Below are positions 1 to 10,788 of a DNA stretch of 64,000 nucleotides, one piece after another; position 1 is the first letter of the stretch, and each line of letters opens with the position of its first letter. The stretch is from Candidatus Latescibacterota bacterium (lineage in GTDB: Bacteria > Latescibacterota > UBA2968 > GCA-2709665), in assembly GCA_965226795.1 (NCBI GenBank), contig CBDDDZ010000004.1, positions 1-64,000 on the forward strand. Direction: 5' to 3'. Under the pieces are notes generated by a model that did not search any database, had not been told where the DNA came from, and saw only the letters and a list, made by a program, of their open reading frames with translations. A program made the translations under genes and the position numbers.

Positions 1-1653
1 ATGGTCGAAAATTCCGGCCGGCAGAGAGGAGAGATCGTTGAGGGATAAATCAAGCGACGTTAGTTGCGTCAGCCGGTCAAACGCTCCGGGAGGCAGGGAA
101 GTCAGTCTGGTGACACCCAGATTCAGACTTGTCAGCGAGGTCAGACCGAGAACTTCATCAAGTCCAGAAGTGAGAGGGCTCAAGTAGAGATTGAGTCCTT
201 TCAGTGAGGTCAGATCGTCAAAGATACCATCTGGCAGGGTGGTGATATAAGCATAACTCAGATTGAGGCCCGTTAGTGCGGTTAGCCCTGAAAAATCGCC
301 GGTTTGCAGTTCCGTATACCTAACCCCCCCTCCGTGACTCGCACTGAGAGTATTAATCGCGGCCAGATGCGCCTCCGTCACCTCGCCACAAGTGCTTACC
401 GGAGCCGCCCTCACAATGGCGTCGCGCACCAGCGCGGTACGGTCGCAGACGGGCGTGGTACCTCCCGACACGCGATTTATCACTTGTAGCGGCAGGCGTG
501 ACGGCGATTTGAACAAGGCGTAGTCCGCATGAGTTGCGGGCGGACTCGGCAGGTTCCCAATATCAACGCTAACCGGAAGCGTCGTGCCGGGCGTGCGGGA
601 TACGCTGAGAACATCGCTTTCCGTGCGGCTGGCGGGAATCGTGATGCTGCTTGCCCCTCCGCCCCCGATGACGTTGAGCGGCAGGACGATGTCAAACGGC
701 GCGCTGGCGGTCGCCGTGGCCTTGAACTGGCCTTCGCCAGTCTTCGTCAGTGAAACGATAATGGACCGGGAGTCGAGCGATGTCCCGTGGAGTGCAGTTC
801 TTAGTACGGGTGTCCTATTCGCAGGAAAAATCCTCCTACCGGCATCTGCTGGGACCACCGAACCCCAAACGTCTCCATTTTTTTTCAGAAGGCCATTTCC
901 AATGGACCATCCCGCAAGAGCGCCTGCATCCTCACTGGCTGATGACGTGATTACCACCCTGGATTCGTCAGTGTATCCAACGACGAGGAAGTAGTCCGTT
1001 TTCGGTTCGAGTATTGCGGCAACAGGCGCCTGGAAAACCAGTCGCAGCCCATAGCTGCCGTCGTTCACCCATTTTGCATATGGCAACGTGTATAGAAGTG
1101 AACCTGGAATACCATTCGAGTTGGACCAAACGCTTATGGAGAGGGGAACCTCTATCCGCTGACCTGGAAAATAGCGGCCATAAATCGCGGCAGAGCTTAT
1201 GTCGTAGCCGTACCTGTTCGAGCCTGTTCTGAATTGCTGAGCTATGCCACCGTCAATCCAAATTCCATATGGGTGCGTATGGGTATCGTAGGTATCATTG
1301 ATAGCCTTGAGGAAATTTGTTAGGGTGTCCCCTGCGGTGTTACCTATGATGGCCCCTATGGTGGCACCTCCGAGGGCACCGCCGGGGCCCAAAAGGGTGC
1401 CACCTAGTATGAAACCTCCAGCGGTACCGACGAAAATTCCAACTGCCTCCCACTCAATGTTGGTGAGATCACCTGGTAGGTCGAAACCTTTTTGGCCATG
1501 ACCATCATACCATGTGTATGGTTGGCCGATGTTGGTCACTAACGTGACGTCTTGGGCGTGCGCGGTGTCGCCCGCGCTGAGGGCCGTGACCCCTAGAAGG
1601 ACAACGAAAGCACAGGGGACTTGCACGGCTATCGACCGGGCGAGACGCGACAT
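1..1653 (-). CDS. Secreted LRR protein, 3' end outside the window: signal peptide, choice-of-anchor-R-like domain with a glycine-zipper insert, beta domain, Cys-capped LRRs
   Basis: Absent from the ORF track because there is no stop in the window. My translation from ATG 1653 is open to position 1: MSRLARSIAVQVPCAFVVLLGVTALSAGDTAHAQ...LVTNIGQ...AQQFRTGSNRYGY...TPVCDRTALVRDAIV...CGEVTEAHLAAI...LPDGIFDDLTSL...LPPGAFDRLTQLTSLDLSLNDLSSLPAGIFDH. Confidence 0.9.
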   Translation of the reverse strand, partial: MSRLARSIAVQVPCAFVVLLGVTALSAGDTAHAQDVTLVTNIGQPYTWYDGHGQKGFDLPGDLTNIEWEAVGIFVGTAGGFILGGTLLGPGGALGGATIGAIIGNTAGDTLTNFLKAINDTYDTHTHPYGIWIDGGIAQQFRTGSNRYGYDISSAAIYGRYFPGQRIEVPLSISVWSNSNGIPGSLLYTLPYAKWVNDGSYGLRLVFQAPVAAILEPKTDYFLVVGYTDESRVVITSSASEDAGALAGWSIGNGLLKKNGDVWGSVVPADAGRRIFPANRTPVLRTALHGTSLDSRSIIVSLTKTGEGQFKATATASAPFDIVLPLNVIGGGGASSITIPASRTESDVLSVSRTPGTTLPVSVDIGNLPSPPATHADYALFKSPSRLPLQVINRVSGGTTPVCDRTALVRDAIVRAAPVSTCGEVTEAHLAAINTLSASHGGGVRYTELQTGDFSGLTALTGLNLSYAYITTLPDGIFDDLTSLKGLNLYLSPLTSGLDEVLGLTSLTSLNLGVTRLTSLPPGAFDRLTQLTSLDLSLNDLSSLPAGIFDH

Positions 1654-1709
1654 CCTCTTTATTCGTTTCAATGTTCGGTCCTTCTTTTTTTAGGTGAAGG
1701 AAGGCCACA

Positions 1710-1789
1710 CGACGGGCGTTTTCATAAGGGCCAATGGGCAGCCCGATCAATTCCTAGGTCAGTGCCACCAACTCGATCAACGCTTGCAC
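1710..1789 (-). pseudogene. Decayed linker that once joined the dockerin to a C-terminal sorting domain
   Basis: In frame after the stop of 1790..4129: *VQALIELVALT*ELIGLPIGPYENA. This resembles the remnant at 4237-4556 (AKLVAM-QEIIGLPAGPQLQ*NAPNPFN). Confidence 0.7.
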
Positions 1790-4129
1790 CTACGTGCCGA
1801 AGGCGTCAACAAACTCGAAGAAGTCGGCGAAGTCCACCGTGCCGCTGCCGTCGAGGTCAAATTTGGCGTCCGTGGTGCCGAAGGCATCCACGAAGTCGAA
1901 GAAATCGGCGAAATTCACGATGCCATCGCCGTTGAAATCGGCCGTTTTTTGTCCCCGCGGCACCGACGTGTTCTCACCGGCAACGGTTACCGCCACCGCA
2001 GGGGAGCAGTTGTTGCCGGTGTTGGATTCTCCCAACACCGCCTTGACACAGGCTCCGTAGTGGTACGTGCCGGAGCTTGACGGGGCGGTCAGGTCCAGGG
2101 AATGGTCGCTGCTGTCCGAAGCGGCAAGGCCGCTCACCGTATGGGATTCCATTTCCGTATCGCCGGTTGAGATTGTCGCGTCCGACGAGCGGTAGTAGTG
2201 CAGCGTCGTCGAGGCCGAAGAACCCGTGCCCTGGTTGCGGACGGTGGCGCTCAGCGTGAAGGTGGCCCCGGCATCCGGACTGCTGTCGCTGACCGATGGA
2301 GACTGGACGACCAAATCCGGTGTTGCATCGTTGGACGGAATGTTGAAGGCGTAAATCGAAACGCTAGCCCACCCGTCCGTTTCGTCTGCGACCCACATCG
2401 TCGTGCCGTCGGACCAGAGGCCTGTAGGGGAATGCATTCGGGCGGCTTTTAGGGTGTTAAAGTCCTTGGCGGCGTCCCGGGCCTTGGTCGTCATGTTGTA
2501 GGCGTACAGCTTCTCGTCGATCCAGTCCGCCACCCACATCGTGGCACCGTCCGACCAGAGGCCGTAGGGTCTGTTGTTTCTAGCACGCCGCAATGTATTG
2601 AAATCTTTGGCGGGGACCCGCGAATTCGTCGTCATGTCGTACGCGTAAATCTTGTCGTAATAGTCGTCTGCAACCCACATGGTCGTCCCGTCGGACCAAA
2701 TGCCACGTGGACGATAGTTTTCAGCGGCATCCAGGGTATTGAAGTCCCTGGTTGGAACCCGCGTCTTCGTCGTCATGTCGTACGCGTAAATCTTGTTGCT
2801 CCCGCCGTCACTGTCTTCTGCAACCCACATGGTCGTCCCGTCGGACCAGAGGCCGGTCGGGGAGTCGTTCCCGGCGGCATCCAGGGTATTGAAGTCCCTG
2901 GTTGGAACCCGCGTCTTCGTCGTCATATCGTACGCGTAAATCTTGCCGTCACCGCTTGTGGCATTGTGCAACCCGTCCATAACCCACATGGTCGCGCCGT
3001 CGGACCAGAGGCCGGTGGGGGAGGTGTTTCCGGCGGCACCCAGGGTGTTGAAGTCGGCGATAGGGTTCCAAGCGTAGGCGGTGGTCACACGCCGGTACGC
3101 AGTGACGGTGACGGTGTAGGTTTCGGTCTGGCCGTCATAGGCGGTGACCGTAATGGTGATGTCGTTCTTCCCCTCGGAGAGGGGGGCGACCGTGTGGCTC
3201 GATCCGCTGGGGACAGCGGTCCCATTGACGTCGATGGTGGCGTTGGCGTCGTTGGCCGTGGGCATGACGGTAACCTGGTCAGCTTCGTAGACGGCCCTTT
3301 GATAGGTATAGGCGGTCACGTCGCTGGCGAAGCCGATGATGTCCACCGGGCTGACGGTCAGCCCGCTCAGGGTGGCGTCACCGGCGCCGGCGGCGACGGG
3401 TATTTCTGCGGTGAAGGCGGGGCCCTCGTAGGCCGCTACGGCCTCCGCTCCCACCGTGAAGGTCAGCGTACCGTCGGTGGTCATGCCACCGACGAGGTCG
3501 CCGAGGAACGTAAGCACCACCGTCATCTCGGTGTCGCTCACACGTCTTATATCGGAATGACTGTCGAAGGTGACGCCGGTGATGCCCGACACGGTCACGG
3601 CATCTCTGATGTCGGAGATATTCTGCACGTAGGAACGGCCCGTCATCGTCAGGGTCACCACGCTGCCATTCAGCGCCGCCTCCGTCAACGGATACACCGT
3701 GGACGCGACCAATGATTCCGCCGTCGCGGTGACCGGTATTTCTGCGGTGAGCGCGGGACCCTCATAGTTCTCTATGGCCCCCGCCCCCACCGTGAAGGTC
3801 AGGGTGCCATTGGTGGCCAGGTCGCCACTGAACTGAAGTTCAACGGTCACCGCCGTTTCGCCCACCCGAACTATGTCATTGCGGTCAACAGTTACGCCGG
3901 CGATGCCGGACACGGTCACGGCATCCCTGACGTCGGAGGTATTCCGCGCGTATTTGCCGCCTGTCAGCAGCAGCGCAACCCTGCCGCCGCTCAGCGTGGC
4001 CTCCGTCAGCGGAGACTCCGTGGACGCGACCACCCTCGGCGCTTGACCGTAGCTGATACCATGCGTTCCAAAGACCAGCAGGACCAACATCAGCACCAGG
4101 CATTTTCTACTTCCAATGGGGACTCTCAT
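1790..4129 (-). CDS. Secreted modular protein: 2x PLTEAT repeat, cadherin-like beta-sandwich, 'DFNTL..SPTGLWSDGTTMWV' propeller repeats, CARDB-like domain, C-terminal dockerin-like module
   Basis: ORF 1790..4201. ATG 4129 is preferred because a purine-rich RBS precedes it and a signal peptide follows. C-terminus: DFNGDGIVNFADFFDFVDAFGTTDAKFDLDGSGTVDFADFFEFVDAFGT. Confidence 0.88.
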   Translation of the reverse strand: MRVPIGSRKCLVLMLVLLVFGTHGISYGQAPRVVASTESPLTEATLSGGRVALLLTGGKYARNTSDVRDAVTVSGIAGVTVDRNDIVRVGETAVTVELQFSGDLATNGTLTFTVGAGAIENYEGPALTAEIPVTATAESLVASTVYPLTEAALNGSVVTLTMTGRSYVQNISDIRDAVTVSGITGVTFDSHSDIRRVSDTEMTVVLTFLGDLVGGMTTDGTLTFTVGAEAVAAYEGPAFTAEIPVAAGAGDATLSGLTVSPVDIIGFASDVTAYTYQRAVYEADQVTVMPTANDANATIDVNGTAVPSGSSHTVAPLSEGKNDITITVTAYDGQTETYTVTVTAYRRVTTAYAWNPIADFNTLGAAGNTSPTGLWSDGATMWVMDGLHNATSGDGKIYAYDMTTKTRVPTRDFNTLDAAGNDSPTGLWSDGTTMWVAEDSDGGSNKIYAYDMTTKTRVPTRDFNTLDAAENYRPRGIWSDGTTMWVADDYYDKIYAYDMTTNSRVPAKDFNTLRRARNNRPYGLWSDGATMWVADWIDEKLYAYNMTTKARDAAKDFNTLKAARMHSPTGLWSDGTTMWVADETDGWASVSIYAFNIPSNDATPDLVVQSPSVSDSSPDAGATFTLSATVRNQGTGSSASTTLHYYRSSDATISTGDTEMESHTVSGLAASDSSDHSLDLTAPSSSGTYHYGACVKAVLGESNTGNNCSPAVAVTVAGENTSVPRGQKTADFNGDGIVNFADFFDFVDAFGTTDAKFDLDGSGTVDFADFFEFVDAFGT

Positions 4130-4236
4130 TGTTCGCAACCCTCTTTCTGTTGAAGTTTGCAAGTGTGCGTACTCCGGATCTGTCAAAACCTGCATGGGCA
4201 ATCACTCCCCAGCATCGACACGATGGAATCAATCGA

Positions 4237-4556
4237 TTACCTCAGCAGGGTGACGTTGCACATCCGCATGCTCTCGTCCGTCAGCAGCCGGTAGAGGTAG
4301 ATGCCGCTGACGAGAGGCCGCCCGGCGTCGGCGCGGCCGTCCCCAGTGGATCCGTTGGCGGCCGGCCTTCTAGGCCCCTGGAGCGGGATCACCACCCGCT
4401 GCCCGGTCAGCGCGAACACCTCCAGTCGCGCCGGACCCGGTTCCCGCAGTAACCAGCAAATGACGGTCTCGCTGTTGAACGGATTGGGGGCGTTTCACTG
4501 CAACTGCGGGCCTGCGGGCAACCCGATGATTTCCTGGGCATCGCCACCAGTTTGGC
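4237..4556 (-). pseudogene. Decayed T9SS/FlgD-Ig-type C-terminal sorting domain cut off from the upstream adhesin
   Basis: After TAG: AKLVAM, a 1-nt shift, then QEIIGLPAGPQLQ*NAPNPFNSETVICW...LEVFALTGQRV...DGRADAGRPLVSGIYLYRLLTDESMRMCNVTLLR*. Confidence 0.85.
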
Positions 4557-7500
4557 CTATCCCGACGTGCCGAAGGCGTCCACAAATTCGAAGAAGTCGG
4601 CGAAGTCCACCGTACCGCTGCCGTCGAGGTCAAATTTGGCGTCGGTGGTGCCGAAGGCATCCACGAAGTCGAAGAAGTCGGCGAAATTCACGATGCCGTC
4701 ATCGTTGAAGTCGGCTGTAACCTGTCCTTGCGACCCGGTACAGTCTGGCAAATCAAGCTTGTCCAGGTCGTTGATAGCGACGTCCCGCAAGACCACCGGG
4801 ACACACCCTGTCAGGGTATTTCCGGCGAGATACAGTAACGTCAACCTTGTCAGATTGCTGAACGCCGAGGGAATGGACCCCGTCAGCTTGTTGTCGTCCA
4901 GGCGAACTTCCTGCAGCAGACTCAGGTTGCCCAGTTCCGCGGGGATCGGCCCGGTCAACTGGTTGCCGAACAGGAGTAGTTGCCACAGTTCGGCCAGGCG
5001 ACCGAGTTCCGCCGGTATGGTCCCGGTCAGCCGGTTGCCCTCCAGGTTCAATATCTTCAATCGCGGCAAATCACCCAGCCACGTGGGGATCGTTCCGGTC
5101 AACTGGTTGTGCTGGAGGGCAAACTGCCCCAGGTTGGTCAGGTTGCGCAGTTCCGCGGGAATTCGCCCGGTCAACCGGTTATTCATTAGGCCCAGGTGCG
5201 TCAGGCTGGTCATCGTACCCAGTTCCGCCGGTATGGTCCCGGTCAACTGGTTGAACGCGAGGTATAGCGCTTTCAGGCCGGTCAGGCGGCTCAACTCAGC
5301 CGGTATCGTTCCGTTCAAGCTCTCGTTCCAAAGTCTCAACTTCGTTACGCGCTGCGGCGTCCCGCTGAGAGTAACGCCGTCCCAAGTGGATATAAGTGTG
5401 TTTTCCGACCAGTTCAGCGTCGCCGTTCCGACCAGGGTATCCCGGGCATCGAGCAGCGCGTTGCAGTCGGATACCAGCCACGGGTTGGCAGCCGGGTTTT
5501 GCACCGCGCTCCCGGTGGCGCACCGGCCCAGCGGCGCCGGCGGTGTGGGGACGGTGGGGGTCGCGAGGGCCAGGCCGAAGGGATTGTCCAGGCCGTCGGC
5601 TCTGGTCACAAGGTCTTCGACGCTGGATCCGTCCAGGTTCGCACGCTGGATCTTGTCGGTATCGAGGTCGGTCCAGTACATTTTGCCCGCAGACAGATCC
5701 AGGTCCAATTCGATCGGTTTATCCAAACCGCGGGTGATAACGTCTTCGATATTGGATCCGTCCAGGTCCGCACGCTGGATCTCGCCGGTTTCGCGATCCG
5801 TCCAGTACATCTTGCCGCTGGCGATGTCCAGCGCCAATCCGCTGGGACTCCCGAAACCGCTTGTAATCAGGTCCTCGACGTTGGAGCCGTCAAGGTCCGC
5901 ACGCTGAATCTTGTCCGCGGACGAGTCCGTCCAATACATCTTGCCGGCGGACACGTCCAGCACCAGGCCCGCAGGACTGTTCAGACCCCCGGCGACCACC
6001 AGGTTCTCCACATTGGAACCGTCCAGATTCGCACGCTGAATCCTGTCCGTTCCCCAGTCCGTCCAGTACATCTTGCCGCCGGACACGTCCAGCGCCATCC
6101 AGACCGGCGTGTTCAAACCGCTGGTGACCAGGTCTTCCACGTTGGAGCCGTCCAGGTCCGAGCGCTGGATCTTCTTCGTACGCATGTCCGGCCAGTACAT
6201 TTTCCCGGCAGACACGTCCACCGCCAGCCCGACGGGCGTGCCTAAACCCCTCGTGACCAGATCCTCGACGTTGGAGCCGTCCAGGTCCGCACGCTGGATC
6301 TTGTGCGTACCCAAATCCGTCCAATACAACTCCGGCCTGGCCTGAGGTTCGCTCACGTCAGTCAGGTTGATGGTCACGTCAATCGTGGTACTGCCGCTCT
6401 GGCCGTCGGAAACCCGCACCGTAACCTCGTAGCGGTTCTTAACCTCAAAGTCGTACGTGATGCCCGCCCTGGTCTGAAGCTGGCCGCTGGTTGGGACGAG
6501 GACGAAACTCGCCGCGTCCGTACCCTCAAGGCTGTAGGTCAAGGTTCCGCCGTCGCTGTCCGTTGCGCTCACCGGGTTGCCGATGTTCTGCCCCGCGCCC
6601 GCGTTCTCGGCAAAGCTGCGCGTGGCGCTTGCGCCCTCGTTGAACGTCGGTACTTGACCGGCAACCGCGAGAGCCAGCGCGGTTGGGTCGGACAGTCCAT
6701 CGGCGCTGGTGACGAGGTCTTCGATATTCGAGCCGTCGAGGTTGGCGCGCTGAATCTTGCTGAAATCGCGGTTGGTCCAATACATTTTGCCGCCGGCCAA
6801 ATCCAGCACCAACTCGTTGGGTTTACCCAAACCTCGGGTGACGAGGTCTTCGATATTCGAGCCGTCGAGGTTGGCGCGCTGAATCCTGTTTCTGTTCAGT
6901 TCCGTCCAGTACATCTTGCCGTTCGCTACGTCCAGCGCCAACCCGCTGGGACCGCCCAAGCCGCTTGTGATGAGGTCTTCGACGTTTGAGCCGTCCAGGT
7001 TGGCACGCTGAATCTTATGCCAGAACGAATCAGTCCAGTACATCTTGCCGTTCGCTACGTCCAATGCCAGCCCGCCCGGACTGTTCAAACCTCGGGTGAC
7101 GAGATCTTCAACGTTTGAACCGTCGAGGTTGGCACGCTGGATCCTGTCCGTGCCCCAGTCCGTCCAGTATATCTTGCCGCCAGGCACGTCCAGCGCCATC
7201 CAGACCGGCGTGTGCAAACCGCTGGTGATGAGATTTTCAACATTTGAACCGTCAAGGTTGGCACGCCGAATCTTGTCTTTTTTCCATTCCGTCCAGTACA
7301 TCTTGCCGCCGGTCACGTCCAGCGTAATCCCGACCGGCCCGTCCAGTCCGTCAGCGCTGTCCACGAGGTCTTCGACGTTCGAGCCGTCGAGGTTGGCGCG
7401 CTGAATCTTGTCCCTACCCGCGTCCGTCCAATACAACACCGGGTTCGCCTGCGGTTCGCCCACGTCGGTCAGGTTGATCCTCACGCCAATGGTAACGCTG

Positions 7501-10500
7501 CCGCCCTGTCCGTCGGACACCCGCACCGTAGCCTGATAGCGGTTCTTCACCTCGAAGTCGTAGGTGACGCCCGTCCTGGTCTGAAGCTGGCCGCTGCTTG
7601 AGACGATGGTGAAACTCGACGCATCGGTGCCTTCCAGGCTGTAGGTGAGCGTACCACCGTCGCTATCCGCCGCGCTCACCGGGTTGCCGATGTTCTGCCC
7701 CGCGCCCGTGTTCTCGGCAAAGCTGCGCGTGGCGCTTGCGCCCTCGGTGAACGTGGGTACTTGATTGGTTCCGCCGCCGGACTCAGCGGTCACGGGCAAT
7801 GTTGCTAGGAGCGGATCTCCATTGTAGTTCGCGATCGCCCCGGCGCCCACCGTGAACGTCAGCGTACCGTCCGCGTCGATGTCGCCGTTGAACGTGAGCT
7901 CAACCGTTACCTTCGTGTCGCTCACGCGCGTAATCCCAAACGTCCCAACACTCACGCCCGCGATTCCCGATACCGACACACCACGCCGAACGTCGAAGAT
8001 GGAACTCGCGTATGCACCGCCAGTCAACGTTAGTGTTACCACGCCCCCGTTAAGTGTCGCTTCCGTCAACGGCGACGTAGTCGATGCCGTCACCGATTCC
8101 ATTCCCGCTCTCACCGGCAACTGCGCCGTCAACGCGGCGCCGCTGTAGCTCGCGATCGCCCCGGCGCCCACCGTGAACGTCAACGTGCCGTCCGCGTCGA
8201 TGTCACCGTTGTACGTGAGCTCCACCGTCACTTTTGTATCGCTCGCGCGCGTAATCCCGAACGTGCCCACACTCACGCCCGCTATGCCCGATACGGTCAC
8301 ACCTCGCCGAACGTCGAAGATGGAACTCGCGTAGGCGCCGCCCGAAAGTGTGAGTGTCACCACGCCGCCGTTGAGCGTGGCTTCTGTCAGTGGAGATACT
8401 GTCGTTGCCGTCACTGATTCCATCCCCGCGCTCACCGGCAACTGCGCCGTCAGCGCGGCGCCGCTGTAGTTCGAGATGGCCCCCGCGCCCACGGTGAACG
8501 TCAACGTGCCGTCCGCGTCGATGTCACCGTTGTACGTGAGCGTTACCGTCACCTTTGTGTCGCTTGCGCGCTGAATCCCGAACGACCCCACGCTTACGCC
8601 GGTGATTCCTGAGACTGTCACGGCTCTCCGAACGTCGAAGATGGAACTCGCGTACGAACGACCCGTAAGCGTCAGTGTCACCACGCTCCCGTTCAACGTC
8701 GCCTCTGTCAACGACTGCGGCGTTGTCGCAACTACCGTTTCCTCCAGCGCAGTTACAGACACCTGGTCGGTGAGCGCGGGACCGCTGTAGTTCGCAATCG
8801 CACCGGCGCCCACCGTGAACGTCAGCGTACCGTCCGCGTCGATGTCTCCGTTGAACGTGAGCTCAACCGTCACCTTCGTGTCACTCACGCGCGTAATCCC
8901 GAACGTGCCCACACTCACGCCGGCTATGCCCGATACCGTCACTCCACGCCGGACGTCGAAGATGGAACTTGCATACCTACCGCCAGTCAACGTTAATGTT
9001 ACCACGCCCCCGTTAAGTGTCGCCTCCGTCAACGGTGACACCGTCGTCGCCGTCATGGATTCCATACTCGCAGTGACCGGCAGTTGATCCGTGAGCGCGG
9101 CGCCGCTGTAGTTCGCGAGCGCACCGGCGCCCACCGTGAACGTCAGCGTCGGCCGTCCGCGTCGATGTCTCCGTTGAACGTGAGCTCAACCGTTACCTTC
9201 GTGTCGCCTCCTCACGCGCGTAATCCCAAACGTCCCCACGCTCACGCCGGTGATTCCTGAGACAGTCACACCTCGCCGGACGTCGAAGATGGAACTCGCG
9301 TATGCACCGCCAGTCAACGTTAGTGTTACCACGCCCCCGTTAAGTGTCGCTTCCGTCAACGGAGAAACCGTCGATGCCGTCACCGATTCCATCCCTGCGC
9401 TAACGGATAACTCCGCCGTCAGTCTGGCGCCGCTGTAGGACGCGATTGCGTCGGCGCCTACAGTGAACGTCAGCGTCCCGTCCGCGTCGATGTCTCCGTT
9501 GAACGTGAGCTCAACCGTTACCTTCGTGTCACTCACACGCCGCACGCCAAACGTCCCAACACTCACGCCCGCGATTCCCGATACCGACACACCGTCACGG
9601 ACGTCGAAAATGGAACTCGCGTAGACGCCGCCCGCCAACGTCAACGTCACCACACTGCCATTCAGCGTCGCCTCCGTCAACGGAGACGTTGTCGATGCCG
9701 TCACCGATTCCATCCCTGCGCTAACGGATAACTCCGCCGTCAGTCTGGCGCCGCTGTAGGACGCGATTGCGTCGGCGCCTACAGTGAACGTCAGCGTCCC
9801 GTCCGCGTCGATGTCTCCGTTGAACGTGAGCTCAACCGTTACCTTCGTGTCACTCACACGCCGCACGCCAAACGTCCCAACACTCACGCCCGCGATTCCC
9901 GATACCGACACACCGTCACGGACGTCGAAAATGGAACTCGCGTAGACGCCGCCCGCCAACGTCAACGTCACCACACTGCCATTCAGCGTCGCCTCCGTCA
10001 ACGGAGACGTTGTCGATGCCGTCACCGATTCCATCCCTGCGCTAACGGATAACTCCGCCGTCAGTCTGGCGCCGCTGTAGGACGCGATTGCGTCGGCGCC
10101 TACAGTGAACGTCAGCGTCCCGTCCGCGTCGATGTCTCCGTTGAAGTCGAGCTCAACCGTGACCTTCGTGTCACTCACGCGCTCGATACCGAACGTCCCC
10201 ACGCTCACTCCCGCGATGCCCGATACCGACACACCGTCACGGACGTCGAAAATGGAACTCGCGTAGACGCCGCCCGCCAACGTCAACGTCACCACACTGC
10301 CATTCAGCGTCGCCTCCGTCAACGGAGACGTTGTCGATGCCGTCACCGACTCGATCCCTGCGCTAACGGATAACTCCGCGGTCAGTGCGGCGCCGTTGTA
10401 GGACGCGATGGCCCCCGCGCCCACCGTGAACGTCAGCGTTCCGTCTTCGTCGAAGTCACCGTTGAAGTCGAGTTCAACCGTTACCTTCGTGTCATTCACA

Positions 10501-10775
10501 CGCTGCACGCCGAACGTCCCCACGCTCACGCCCGCTATGCCCGATACCGACACACCACGCCGAACGTCGAAGATGGAACTCGCGTAGACGCCGCTCGAAA
10601 GCGTCAGCGTTACCACGCTCCCATCCAGCGTTGCTTCTGTTAACGGCGACGTTGTCGAAGCCGTCACCGACGGGCTGTTTCCCTGCCCGTAGCCCACTCC
10701 CGGCATGGCGAATGCTGTCAAGACGACTACCAGTGACATCAAGGCGATTCGCCGATTCACAATTGGCCGTTTCAT
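4557..10775 (-). CDS. Giant secreted adhesin, about 2070 aa: 9x 107-aa PLTEAT repeat, cadherin, 6-blade YWTD, cadherin, 6-blade YWTD, Cys-capped plant-type LRR, dockerin-like. Split by two compensating insertions.
   Basis: ORFs 9186..10775 and 4557..9134 continue the same repeat unit. Compared with sister repeats there are 4 extra nt near 9207 and 2 extra nt near 9151 (net +6). 12 YWTD-type motifs; LRR motif LxxNxLTGxIPAELGxL. Confidence 0.88.
7785..10677 (-). repeat. Tandem 321-bp (107-aa) coding repeat, 9 copies
   Basis: The motif gtcgatgccgtcaccgattccatccctgcg recurs at 9370, 9691 and 10012. The central units are near identical at DNA level. Confidence 0.92.
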
Positions 10776-10788
10776 AAGTCAGCATCCC

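Noticed and set aside
304..1750. Short ORF-track calls on both strands
   Set aside because: They are shadows of the 551-codon minus-strand gene that runs off the window edge.
1710..4559. TAG/TGA read-through or recoding restoring the CTDs
   Set aside because: The tails also contain frameshifts and deletions, and TAG/TGA are ordinary stops elsewhere in the window.
1790..4720. Near-identical 150-bp pair as a DGR template/variable repeat
   Set aside because: Both copies are coding and give almost the same peptide, and there is no reverse transcriptase in the window.
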